Source: Planctomycetota bacterium | Lineage (GTDB): Bacteria > Planctomycetota > B15-G4 > SIAN01 | Direction: 5' to 3' | DNA length: 64,000 nt | Assembly (NCBI GenBank): GCA_031409275.1 | Contig: JANNXA010000055.1 | Location: 224,001 to 288,000 of the forward strand | Shown here: one piece after another, positions 9,883 through 19,469 of the stretch | How positions within the stretch are numbered: the first letter of the stretch is position 1 | Layout: each line of letters opens with the position of its first letter | The notes under the pieces: generated by a model | Database searches by the model: none | The model's input: the letters and a program-made list of their open reading frames with translations, nothing else | Told to the model about the DNA's origin: nothing | Position numbers and translations under genes: made by a program

Positions 9883-11037
9883 ATGGACGCTGTTGGCGCG
9901 CTCTACCTCGATCACAACGCGACCGTTCCGCTGTTGCCGGAAGTGCGCCGCTGCCTGCAAGCGGCTCTGAACGGAGAGCTCGCCAATCCATCGAGCCTGC
10001 ATGCGGCCGGCGTGCACGCTCGCCGCTCCCTCGACGACGCGCGCGAACAGGTCGCCGCGCTGCTCCACGTTTCCGCGGATGAGATCGTCTTCACGTCGGG
10101 CGGCACCGAGGCAAACCACCTCGCGCTCGCCGGGCCGCTGCTGCCGCGCCCAGAAGGGGCGCACCTGGTCGTCAGCGCCATCGAGCACTCCTCGACGCTC
10201 GCGGCCGCGCGTCGCCTCGCCGAACTCGGCGCGCGCGTCACCTTGGTGCCGCCGAGCGCCAACGGCATCGTCAAGGTCGATGCGATGGTCGCCGCGCTCG
10301 AGCCGCAGACCCGACTCGTCGCCTGCATGGCGGCCAACAACGAGACCGGCGTCTGCCAGCCATTCGTCGAACTGGCGGCAGCGCTCGCGCCGCGCGACAT
10401 CCCGCTCCACGTCGACGCCGTGCAGTGGCTCGGCCGCTTCCCGCTCGACGCCGCGCAGAGCGGCGCGACCACGATCAGCGCCTCGGCCCACAAGCTCGGC
10501 GGACCGCAGGGGGTTGGCGCGTTGTGGGTGCGCCGCGGAACGCGGATCGAGGCATGGATTGGCGGCGGACGACAGGAGCGCGGCCGGCGCGGCGGAACGC
10601 CCCCGCTCCTGCTGCTGATCGGGTTCGCCGCCGCTGCCGCCGCCACGCGATCGCGCCTCGCCGCGCAGCCCGAATCGACTCGCGCCCGCGATGCGTTCGA
10701 GTCCGCTCTCGCCTCCGGCGGACGCTCGTTTCGCGTCGTCGGCAGCGACGCGCCGCGCCTGCCGAACACCTCGCTCGTACTCGCGGAGGGGCACGATGGC
10801 GCGCAATTGGTCACGGCCATGAGTGCGCGCGGCGTCGAGATCGCCAGCGGATCGGCCTGCCAGGCGGGCGCGAGCGAACCCTCGCACGTGCTGCGCGCGA
10901 TGGGAATGTCGGCGGCGAGCGCGCGCTCCGCGGTGCGATTCAGCTTCGGCAGCGCGGACGATGTCGCGGTCGGACAAGCCGCCGCCGATCGCCTCCTCGC
11001 GTTGCTCGACGAACGCGCCCGACGCGTCGCAGGCTGA
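9883..11037 (+). CDS. Second cysteine desulfurase (NifS/IscS-like class V aminotransferase)
   Basis: YLDHNAT, FTSGGTEAN, ANNETG, SAHKLGGP, SGSAC; GGAG SD before ATG 9883. Confidence 0.88.
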   Translation: MDAVGALYLDHNATVPLLPEVRRCLQAALNGELANPSSLHAAGVHARRSLDDAREQVAALLHVSADEIVFTSGGTEANHLALAGPLLPRPEGAHLVVSAIEHSSTLAAARRLAELGARVTLVPPSANGIVKVDAMVAALEPQTRLVACMAANNETGVCQPFVELAAALAPRDIPLHVDAVQWLGRFPLDAAQSGATTISASAHKLGGPQGVGALWVRRGTRIEAWIGGGRQERGRRGGTPPLLLLIGFAAAAAATRSRLAAQPESTRARDAFESALASGGRSFRVVGSDAPRLPNTSLVLAEGHDGAQLVTAMSARGVEIASGSACQAGASEPSHVLRAMGMSAASARSAVRFSFGSADDVAVGQAAADRLLALLDERARRVAG

Positions 11038-11184
11038 CCCCCGCTCGCGGAGCTCCCCGCTCCGAGGGAAAGTTCTGCACGCGGCTATGTTGCGCCCTCG
11101 GGCCGTGATACGGCCGCTCGCACCGGACGGAAGATCGCGGCCCTCGCACCGTCTTAGGCGCAAGACTCTTGCGGAATCCCCTCC

Positions 11185-13176
11185 ATGAAGCGTACCGCCC
11201 CACTCCTCCTCGCCGTGATCGCCCTCATCGGCGGCCTCGCCTGGTGGCTGCATGAACCGACCGAACCCGCGATCGGCCCGGTTCCCAATCGCGTCGCCCG
11301 CGAAGGCGGCAACGTGGCTCGCGTGCCGGATGCGGTGACCGCCGACGCGACGACGCCCGAGGCGATCCGCCAGACCGAGCTGCCGCCGGAAGATCCGAAC
11401 GAACTGCCGGTGATCGATCCCACCGCACCGCCGGGAGCGATCTACGGCCGCATCCTCGATCCAGCCGGCGCGCCGGTGGCTGATGCGGAAGTGGAGCTCG
11501 TGCGCGGCCCCGCCGCGGCGATCAACATCCCGAGCCTCTACACGCGGCTGAATCTGCTGGTGCGAACCGACGCCGCCGGAAACTACCGCTTCAACAGGGT
11601 CACTCCCAACGACGACTACATCATCGTCGCGAGCCACCCCGACTACGGCGACTGCGAGGCGGGGCCCATCGTGGTCGCCCCCGCCACCGAGCAACCGGCC
11701 GGCGATCTGCGCTTGCGGGACGGCGTGATGGTCGAGGGGTTCGTGCGCTGCGACGGCCGTCCCCTGCAGAACGCCGTCGTCATCCTCAGCAATGCGATGG
11801 AACGGCTGCGCAAGCTGCGCCCCGACGGTCCTCACCCGCCCGACGCCGAGCCCTTCGAGCTGCGCACCGCCACCGATGCGAATGGCCACTACTCGTTCAC
11901 CTCGGCGCCGTTCTCGAGCTTCGAGATCACCGCCGAACTCGACGGCTACTCGCGCATCACGAAGAACTCGCAGACGAGCTTCCTCGGCCGCAGCTCGAAA
12001 GAGCACAAGATCGATTTCGACCTGACGTTGGCGCGGCGCATCACGGGCAGCGTCACCGACGAGAGCAAGAACCCGATCGCGGGCGCGAAGCTGGCCGCCA
12101 CCATCGCGAACCAGAGCTTCCGGTGCGAAGCCGAGGCGCTCACCGACGGTGCTGGCCGCTTCACGATCGAGGCGCTCGCCGAAGGGCAGTACTTCCTCCA
12201 GGCGAGCTGCGACGGCTTCTCCGAATCGCACCAGCAGCAAGTGAACGCCGGCAGCGAAGGTCTCGTGATCGAGTTGCGGGTGCAGGGCAGCGCGGTCGGC
12301 GTCGTCGTCGATGAGGAGAGCGGCGCGCCCATTCCCGAGTTCACGCTGGCGATCCAGCAGCAATACAAGGGACGCGGCCCGATCGACATGAAGCAGAACC
12401 TGCGCTACCACGACAGCGGCGGCCGCTTCGAAGTGAAGAACCTCGATCCAGGTCGCTACACGGTCGAAGGCTCGGCGGCCGGTTATGCCACGAGCGTCTC
12501 CGATGAGTTCGAGGTCACGCGCGGCCAGGTCACGGCCGGCGTCCGCATCGAGATGAACAAGGGCGGCAAGGTCGTCGGCATCGTCGTCGATCGCGACCAC
12601 AAACCGATCCGCAACGCGCTGGTCAGCCTCCGCGACAACGGCACCAAGGACAACCAGGTGCTCGAGATCTTCTCGCAGATGTCGGCGCGAGGAAGCGGGA
12701 TGCCGAAGTTCCGCACCCAGGAAGATGGCCGCTTCACGCTCGATCTGGTGGTGCCGGAGACCTACCAGGTCGCGGTTCGCCACAACCAGTTCGCCGGTCA
12801 GCTTCGGGACGACGTCACCGTGCGCAAGAACGAGACGGTCGACGTCGGTGAGCTGATCCTGCTGCGTGGCGCGCGCATCTCTGGGACCGCCTACGACCTC
12901 GACGGCAAGCCGCTGGTGGGCGCGACCATCACCGGGATGGCCGGGAAGTCGAGCGGCTACAAGTCGACGCGGACCAACAACGACGGCTTCTACGAACTGC
13001 TCAGCATGAACGACGGCGAGTACACCATCACGATCAACAGCTTCCAGTCGAACCCCCCCATGAACCCGCTCGCGACGCTGTCACTCGCGAAGAACAGCCG
13101 TCAGACCGTGCAGGTCTCCGATGGCGACGACGTCACGGTCGACCTGCGCCTCTCGAAGGACAAGCCGAAGGAGTAA
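11185..13176 (+). CDS. Membrane-anchored protein with about six carboxypeptidase-regulatory-like (prealbumin-fold) repeats
   Basis: N-terminal TM/signal; repeated GxVxDxxGxPIxxAxV...TDxxGxF/Y...GxYxV units; coding-like codon usage. Confidence 0.8.
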   Translation: MKRTAPLLLAVIALIGGLAWWLHEPTEPAIGPVPNRVAREGGNVARVPDAVTADATTPEAIRQTELPPEDPNELPVIDPTAPPGAIYGRILDPAGAPVADAEVELVRGPAAAINIPSLYTRLNLLVRTDAAGNYRFNRVTPNDDYIIVASHPDYGDCEAGPIVVAPATEQPAGDLRLRDGVMVEGFVRCDGRPLQNAVVILSNAMERLRKLRPDGPHPPDAEPFELRTATDANGHYSFTSAPFSSFEITAELDGYSRITKNSQTSFLGRSSKEHKIDFDLTLARRITGSVTDESKNPIAGAKLAATIANQSFRCEAEALTDGAGRFTIEALAEGQYFLQASCDGFSESHQQQVNAGSEGLVIELRVQGSAVGVVVDEESGAPIPEFTLAIQQQYKGRGPIDMKQNLRYHDSGGRFEVKNLDPGRYTVEGSAAGYATSVSDEFEVTRGQVTAGVRIEMNKGGKVVGIVVDRDHKPIRNALVSLRDNGTKDNQVLEIFSQMSARGSGMPKFRTQEDGRFTLDLVVPETYQVAVRHNQFAGQLRDDVTVRKNETVDVGELILLRGARISGTAYDLDGKPLVGATITGMAGKSSGYKSTRTNNDGFYELLSMNDGEYTITINSFQSNPPMNPLATLSLAKNSRQTVQVSDGDDVTVDLRLSKDKPKE

Positions 13177-13222
13177 CGATCTCGAGCTGCGATCGCGACG
13201 CGCGGCGGCACGGACGATCCCA

Positions 13223-14629
13223 TCAGGCGAACGCCGGCACCGGAAGCGCGGTCCGACCGATCGCCAATCCGCGTGGCTCCAGCGCAACGTCGATGGCCCC
13301 ACGCCGGCGCGCGGTGAATACGAGGCGCCATCCGATCCGGCGCGCGAGGCGCCGAGCAAGGATCAGTTCCTCGACTCCGCGTCCGCGCGCGGGGCGGCCG
13401 AATCGCAGCACCCGCAGGCGCAGCGCGCGACCTTCGGCCGTCGCACGCACGCGGATCACGGTGCAGCCTTCGGCGCGCGCTCGCCGCGACTTCGCCAGCG
13501 CCGCGAAGAGCGCCCACAGCAGCGCCCTCAGCAGATCGGGATCACCCTCGCACCATTGCAGTCCGTCGGCGTCGAGTCGAAGCCGGCGCCCGTGGAGTTC
13601 CCCTGCCACCGCGGCCGCGGCCTGACGCGCCACCACTGCAAGATCGCAGGAGCGGCGCAGCTGCTGACGCTCCTGCGCCGGCGCTTGCGCACCGTTCGCC
13701 CGAGTGGCCAGCATGGTCTCGAGGTGATTCAGGACTTCCGCGCCGCCCGCGACCGCTTCTTCGAGCGCCGCCGGCAAACGCGGCCCGTGGCGCTCGAGGT
13801 GCGCAAAGAGGCTGCGCAGGAACGCGAGCGGTCGCTTCGCCTCTTCCTCGAGCCACGTGGCCTGATCGCGCAATCGCCGTCGCTCGCGGACGTAGCGCCC
13901 CTGCTCGTCGACGAGCCGCGCGGCGTAGCGCATGAGCGGCGCACGTGCCGGTGCCGCGTCGCCTGGCGCGCCAGGCGGCTCGATCGGTGCCGCCGCCGTC
14001 GCCGGCAGCGGCGCGGAACGGTTGAACGACTCGTCGAGCGCGATCTGCAGCGCCGACAGTCCGATGCCGCAGCCATCGAGCGCGAGTTCGCCGTGCGCCC
14101 GCGTGGCTCCGCGACGCAACAACTCGAGCAGCGATCGCACCACCTCTTCGCCGTCGAGCGCATCGGTGCTGAACGACGGGAAGCGGCCGGACCCGACCAC
14201 CGACTCGAGCTCCTGGGCCGCGACGAAGTCGCCGCCCGCGCGCCGATTGATCAGCAGGACGCCGGGCATCGCGCTTCGACCCGCGCTGCGCAGGCGCTCG
14301 AGCAGCCAGGCGTACGCGATGAGATTGTCGCGCAGGCGCTCGCGACGCGGATCCGCGACGAAGCAGACGCCGTCCGCGTCACGCATCAGCTGTTCTGCGC
14401 GAGCGTTCTCCTCGTCGATCGGATCGAATTCGACGAGCTCGACTTGCAGGGTCGCGAGCGCACCTGGCACGGCGAGCGGCAGCGAGGTCCACTCGCGACT
14501 GCGCTCGGCGCTGCGGCTGCCGACGCGTTCCCGAATGCGCGCGAGGACTTCGCTCTTTCCGGCCCGCCGTGGACCGCACAGCAGGAACCGCAATGCGATG
14601 ACGCCGCCTTCCGCCTCGTATCGAGCCAT
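13223..14629 (-). CDS. MglA-like small GTPase domain fused to degenerate HisKA/HATPase domains
   Basis: LLCGPRRAGKS P-loop and DADGVCFVADPRRERLRDN resemble MglA; C-terminal half has EEEAKRPLAFL and GDPDLLRALLWAL; GGAG SD before ATG 14629. Confidence 0.65.
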   Translation of the reverse strand: MARYEAEGGVIALRFLLCGPRRAGKSEVLARIRERVGSRSAERSREWTSLPLAVPGALATLQVELVEFDPIDEENARAEQLMRDADGVCFVADPRRERLRDNLIAYAWLLERLRSAGRSAMPGVLLINRRAGGDFVAAQELESVVGSGRFPSFSTDALDGEEVVRSLLELLRRGATRAHGELALDGCGIGLSALQIALDESFNRSAPLPATAAAPIEPPGAPGDAAPARAPLMRYAARLVDEQGRYVRERRRLRDQATWLEEEAKRPLAFLRSLFAHLERHGPRLPAALEEAVAGGAEVLNHLETMLATRANGAQAPAQERQQLRRSCDLAVVARQAAAAVAGELHGRRLRLDADGLQWCEGDPDLLRALLWALFAALAKSRRARAEGCTVIRVRATAEGRALRLRVLRFGRPARGRGVEELILARRLARRIGWRLVFTARRRGAIDVALEPRGLAIGRTALPVPAFA

Positions 14630-14771
14630 GCCCACGCTCCGTTGGCGGCGCCCCGACGTCGCCCCGGACGCGCCGACGGCTCGTTGATCGACTGACGAGT
14701 GGCCGGGATGCAGGTCGCTGCGCCGACGGCGCCGGAGAAACGATTGCTGGTGCCTCCGCACCGGATCGTCC

Positions 14772-16079
14772 TCAACGCGCGGTTGCGCCCGCGGGGAGTT
14801 CGATCAGGCCGCGGCCCGGACGCTCGCTGCGCCCGAGTCGCCAGAACTCGGCGGCCGCCCGTTCGCACACCACGCGCCAGTCCGTGGCGACCGTCGTTGC
14901 GGCGCTCTGGCGCAGTGCGTCCGCGAACTCGCCGCACAGGAGCAGGTCGTCGCGCTCCCGTCCTGCCGCCTGATCGACGAGGTCGCGCCAACTCGCGGTC
15001 CACTCCGCGAGCCGCGCCTCGTTCCCCGTCGACTCCGTGCGCGGCGCCTGCGCGAGCAGTTCGGCGAGACGCGCCCGAAGCGCTGCACGAGTCGCGAGCG
15101 GCGGCGGCGGAAACGGCAGCGCCGCTGCGGTCCGCTGCTTCTGCTGCGACGGACCACGCCATTCGTCGATCGCCCGCTCGAGGCCGTCATCGAAGGTCGC
15201 GTTGGTCGAGGTCGCGCCAAACCAAGGCAGGCCGAGCCGCAAGAGCAGACCGCCCGCCGCGGTCGCCGCCGCGCCGGACGGAAGCTCGCGACAGCGCGTC
15301 AGCGCCGCGCAGAACCACCGCGTCTCGCACGCGCGCCGCTGCTGCAGCTCGACTTCGCCGCGCTCGGAGTCGGACGCCGCGTCGGCCTCCGCCATGGCGA
15401 TCGGAACGACCCAGGTCGCGACGAGACCGCGAACCGCCACCAACTCCTGGCGCGCCAGCTCGATCTCGAGCCAGCCATCGGCGGCGACCTCCTCGGCGAG
15501 CGGCGCCTGCACCCCGCCGGCAAGAACCCCAGGGAAGAGCGCGACCCCCTGCTCGAACGCGCCCGCAGCGCGCAGCGTCGCCTCGAGCTCGACGAAGGAG
15601 AGGGGCGCGCGCGGTGCGCCACGGCGCAGCGCTCGCCAGCCGGGCTGCGACCACGGCAGAGTTCGTTCGCGCAACGTCTCGAGTTCGGGGCGCCACGGTG
15701 CGAGCTCGCCGACGCGCTGCTCGAAGGTGGCGCCAAGGAGCTGGACGGCTCCGTCATCCCCTTCAACCGCCGCGAACAGGAGCGCCGCTCGCAAACGCGG
15801 CAGCTCCAGCAGCGCTCGCTCGAGCGCGACCGCCGGCGCGGGCGGCCAGCGATTCAGCGCCGCCAGCGCCGCCACGACGTCCGCCGGTGCAAGCGCACGG
15901 CGCAACTGCGCCTCGGCCGCCGACCGACGCGCCGGCTCCGACGCATCGAGCTCGACCCGCCACGCATCGAGGCGCGGGTCGGAGCCGTTCGACGCGACCG
16001 CTTGCGGGCATGGCATCCGCGCGCTCGCCGGCGTCGCGGCCGCGACCAGGAGCCACGCCGCCACCAGCGCACGCCTCAT
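14772..16079 (-). CDS. Hypothetical secreted alpha-helical protein
   Basis: Signal-peptide-like MRRALVAAWLLVAAATPASA; ATGA overlap with the kinase stop. Confidence 0.6.
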   Translation of the reverse strand: MRRALVAAWLLVAAATPASARMPCPQAVASNGSDPRLDAWRVELDASEPARRSAAEAQLRRALAPADVVAALAALNRWPPAPAVALERALLELPRLRAALLFAAVEGDDGAVQLLGATFEQRVGELAPWRPELETLRERTLPWSQPGWRALRRGAPRAPLSFVELEATLRAAGAFEQGVALFPGVLAGGVQAPLAEEVAADGWLEIELARQELVAVRGLVATWVVPIAMAEADAASDSERGEVELQQRRACETRWFCAALTRCRELPSGAAATAAGGLLLRLGLPWFGATSTNATFDDGLERAIDEWRGPSQQKQRTAAALPFPPPPLATRAALRARLAELLAQAPRTESTGNEARLAEWTASWRDLVDQAAGRERDDLLLCGEFADALRQSAATTVATDWRVVCERAAAEFWRLGRSERPGRGLIELPAGATAR

Positions 16080-19000
16080 TCGACGAGCTTCCCGCGCAGC
16101 TCGACCCGCTCGATCTGCAGCTCGGTCAGGCTGCACAGCTGAACCGCATCCTTCGCGCGCGCGGTCGGCAGAGTCGCCTGGGTTTCGTAGACGACGTCGC
16201 CGTCCAGCGCCACCTCGATTCGCACCGTGCCAGCGCCTGGATCGGGGAGCCATCGCACCTCGAGAACGTAACGGCGGCCGCGTTCGAGACCGACATCGAC
16301 GACCTTGCCGACCGCAGGCTCGCTCTGGTCATAGATCGGGTCGTAGAAGCGCTGGGTGCTCTCTTCGAGTGCGCCGACCCAGGCCGCGAGTTGCGGCGTG
16401 TAGCTCTCGCCTCTCGGCTCTTCGGGCCGGAAGAAGGCGGCGCAGGCGGGGCCGAGACGAAGCCCGACGTAGTGCGGATCGTCGGGTGCGCCGAGCGTCG
16501 GCAGCAGTTCCACGCGCAAGCTCGCCGGCGCGCGCCGATCGAGCGGGAACGGAAACGTCGCACTCGGCGCCGGGCCGCTGCGGCCGCTCCCGCCGCCGAC
16601 GAAGACGAGGCGCCCGTTCTCCACGCGCAGCGCGTTGCCGCTGACGTTCCAGTCCTGGCCCTCCGTCACCTGATCGAACGCATAGACCACGCGGACCACG
16701 CCATCTTCGGCGAGCGTCCGTTCGCTCGCGTTGCGAGCCACCTGATCGAGCAGCGCGCGCCGTCGCCCCGTTCGATCGAGGTCGCTGAGCAGCGCCTCGA
16801 GGTGTGCGCGATCCGATTGCGCCGCTCGACCGGCGGCGGTGTCGCCGTAGCGGAGCAGGTCGCGCCAGGCCGCGCGCGCCGTTTCGACGTCGCCGGCCGC
16901 GATCGCCGCGTCGAACTGCGCGCGCCGCTCGTTCGCGGCGCCCTCGCGCTGCTCGCGGCGCGCCGCATCGCTCTGCATCTGGTCCTGCAGCGAACGATGG
17001 AGCGCGTCAGCGACCGGCGCACCCGCCAGCCCGTTCAGCTCGAGCCCCAGCGCGCTGCGCTCCTTGGCGTCCCCGAGGAGAAAACGGACGAAGAGGCGCG
17101 CCGGTGGCGCGGTCACCGTCGCGTTCACCGACTTCTCGAGCGACGCCAACGCGAGATCCTCGACCGTCAGGCCACGCCTGGATCCGACCGCGAACGCGTC
17201 GCCGGCGCCGTCGAACTGCACCTTGCCGCGAATGCCGATCCCCTGGCGATCGCGCACGTCGACCTCCTCACCCGCTCGATCGCGCAGGTTCTGGCGCGCG
17301 TGGCCGAACACGGCGATCAAGTCCGAGACGACGCCGCTCCATGCGGCGCGCTCCGCTTCGGGAAGATCGGACTGAGCAGCGATCGCCTCGGCCGCCTCCG
17401 CGATCCGACGATCGGCCAGGAACGGGACGATGCCGGGCCGCCCGCCGACCCCATCGAGCAGCTGCGCGCGCGCCGTGGCCTCGCGATCGCGCCGCGCCTG
17501 CAAGGCCAGTTCCGCGAGGTCGCGCGCCAGCAGCTCCCAGCGACTCTGCAGCTCGGCCGGAAGCGCGCCGATGGCGACCAGCCCGTCCCATGCGGCACGG
17601 TTCGCCTCCTCGACGTCGGCGCGGCGTTTTGCCAGGTCGACGACGGCGCCCTCGCGAGCCTCCGCCAACGCCTTCTGCGCGGCCCGCTCGACCTCGAACT
17701 GCAGATCGCGGCGCGCCCTCGCCACCCGCCCGGCGAGCGAGTCCGCGAGGATCGACACGAACGACGCGGTCGGATCACGATCGAATTCGACGCGCGTCGA
17801 GTCGGGCCATCCGCGCTGCAGCACGGCAGCGGAGACGTCGCTCGCCACGGCGACTCCGGCGCCGCTCAACACGGCGATCGTCGCGGCGGCACAAGCGTTC
17901 GCCTCCTCCTCCGGATAGGACGCCAGCCGCTGCTGCGCCTCCCCGAATCGCTGCGCCTCGAGCAGCGCTTGCACTTCATCGTCGAGCGCGGTCCGTCGGG
18001 CGAGCAGCTCCTGTCGCACCTTTCGGCGCACCTCCTGCTCGAGGGCCTCCTGCTGAGACGTGGCGTTGGCGCGCGCGGACTGGAGCCACGGCTCCACGTC
18101 GACTTCGGCGCCCACGAGCCGTGTCCGCAGCGAAGCGGGCGCGGCCGCCTCGAAGGCGCGCTCGAGTTCAGCGTCGAGACGCTCTCGCGCTTGCGCGAAG
18201 TCGCCACGCGCGAGCGCCGCGCGGGCTGCCGAGAGGGCCAGCGGCGCCGCCGCGCGCAGTTCCGTCTCGAGGGCGACGCTGGCCGCCGACTTCAGGTCGA
18301 CGCGGGAGAGGCTCGAGACGCTGGTGAGCTGCCCGTCCCGCTTGAGCTCGCCGATGCGCGCCAGCACTTCCGCCGCCGGCCGGGCGCCGCCTCGCCAGCC
18401 TTCCGCGAGTTCGTTCAGCAGCGCTTCCTCACGTTGGCGCGCGTCGCTCCAGTCGACATCGCTGCGGTGGTCGCCCCGCCACAGGAACAGCGCCACGAGC
18501 GCGACCACGAGCGCCGCCGCCGCGGCGATCCATGGGCCGCGACTGCTGCGCGGCGGCGGCTCGGCGGCTTCCTGCCAGGAGAGACCGACCTCTTGCGCCT
18601 GTTCGGGCGCGGTGAGTGCCGCGCGTACCCGCTCGAGGTCTTCGAGCAGCTCCTCGCTCGACTGGTAGCGACGGCGGACATCTTTCGCGAGCAGCCGCGC
18701 GAGCATGCGCGAGAAGCCTTGGGGCAGGCCGGGTTGCAGCTGCTCGGGTGGGCGCGGCACCGAGTAGAGCACCTCGTGCAGGATCTCGGCGACCGACTCG
18801 CCGCGCAGCGGCGGGTGGCCCGTCGCGAGGTGGTAGAGCGTGGCCCCGAGGCTGTAGAGGTCGCTGCGCAGATCGACGCGGCGCGGGCTCCTCACCTGTT
18901 CGGGAGACATGTACTGCGGCGTGCCGACGGTGATGCCGTCCTGGGTGAGCGAACGGTCGCGAGTGGCGCGCGCGAGCCCGAAGTCGGTGAGCTTCACCGC

Positions 19001-19453
19001 CCCATCTTTCGCCAGCAGGATGTTGCCAGGCTTCACGTCGCGATGGACGACGCCGTGGCGCGCCGCATGAGCGAGCGCCAGCGCGACCCGCTCGCCGATC
19101 AGGAGGACCTCGCGCAGCGGGAACGCTCCGCGATCGACCAGCAACTGCTTGCAGCTCTGCCCCTCGACGAGCTCCATCACGAAGTAGACGAGGTCGCCTG
19201 CTTCGCCGAAGTCGATCGAGCGCACGATCGCGGGATGGTCGAGCCGCGAGAGGACGCGCGCCTCCTTCGTCAGACGCGCCAGCGCGAGACCGGGGTCGAG
19301 ATCATCGCGGCGCAGCACCTTGAGGGCGACCATGCGGTCAAGGCCCTTGTGGCGCGCCTTGTAGACCGAGCTCATGCCTCCCGACCCGAGCAGTTCGAGC
19401 ACTTCGTAGCCGGGGATCGGCTGGGTCAGCATGCTGGCGCGCTCGTGCTTCAC
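16076..19453 (-). CDS. Hanks-type Ser/Thr protein kinase with TM helix, long helical region and C-terminal beta-sandwich
   Basis: GSGGMSSVY, VALK, HRDVKPGN, DFGLA, GTPQYMSPEQ, SDLYSLG; TM IAAAAALVVALVALFLW. Start is GTG 19453 (SD GGGAGG) or ATG 19432. Confidence 0.92.
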   Translation of the reverse strand: MKHERASMLTQPIPGYEVLELLGSGGMSSVYKARHKGLDRMVALKVLRRDDLDPGLALARLTKEARVLSRLDHPAIVRSIDFGEAGDLVYFVMELVEGQSCKQLLVDRGAFPLREVLLIGERVALALAHAARHGVVHRDVKPGNILLAKDGAVKLTDFGLARATRDRSLTQDGITVGTPQYMSPEQVRSPRRVDLRSDLYSLGATLYHLATGHPPLRGESVAEILHEVLYSVPRPPEQLQPGLPQGFSRMLARLLAKDVRRRYQSSEELLEDLERVRAALTAPEQAQEVGLSWQEAAEPPPRSSRGPWIAAAAALVVALVALFLWRGDHRSDVDWSDARQREEALLNELAEGWRGGARPAAEVLARIGELKRDGQLTSVSSLSRVDLKSAASVALETELRAAAPLALSAARAALARGDFAQARERLDAELERAFEAAAPASLRTRLVGAEVDVEPWLQSARANATSQQEALEQEVRRKVRQELLARRTALDDEVQALLEAQRFGEAQQRLASYPEEEANACAAATIAVLSGAGVAVASDVSAAVLQRGWPDSTRVEFDRDPTASFVSILADSLAGRVARARRDLQFEVERAAQKALAEAREGAVVDLAKRRADVEEANRAAWDGLVAIGALPAELQSRWELLARDLAELALQARRDREATARAQLLDGVGGRPGIVPFLADRRIAEAAEAIAAQSDLPEAERAAWSGVVSDLIAVFGHARQNLRDRAGEEVDVRDRQGIGIRGKVQFDGAGDAFAVGSRRGLTVEDLALASLEKSVNATVTAPPARLFVRFLLGDAKERSALGLELNGLAGAPVADALHRSLQDQMQSDAARREQREGAANERRAQFDAAIAAGDVETARAAWRDLLRYGDTAAGRAAQSDRAHLEALLSDLDRTGRRRALLDQVARNASERTLAEDGVVRVVYAFDQVTEGQDWNVSGNALRVENGRLVFVGGGSGRSGPAPSATFPFPLDRRAPASLRVELLPTLGAPDDPHYVGLRLGPACAAFFRPEEPRGESYTPQLAAWVGALEESTQRFYDPIYDQSEPAVGKVVDVGLERGRRYVLEVRWLPDPGAGTVRIEVALDGDVVYETQATLPTARAKDAVQLCSLTELQIERVELRGKLVE

Positions 19454-19469
19454 GCGTTCCCTCCCCGAT

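Noticed and set aside
14735..14760. Sigma54 promoter ahead of the MglA-like gene (GGCAC on minus strand)
   Set aside because: The -12 position reads ATCG rather than TTGC.
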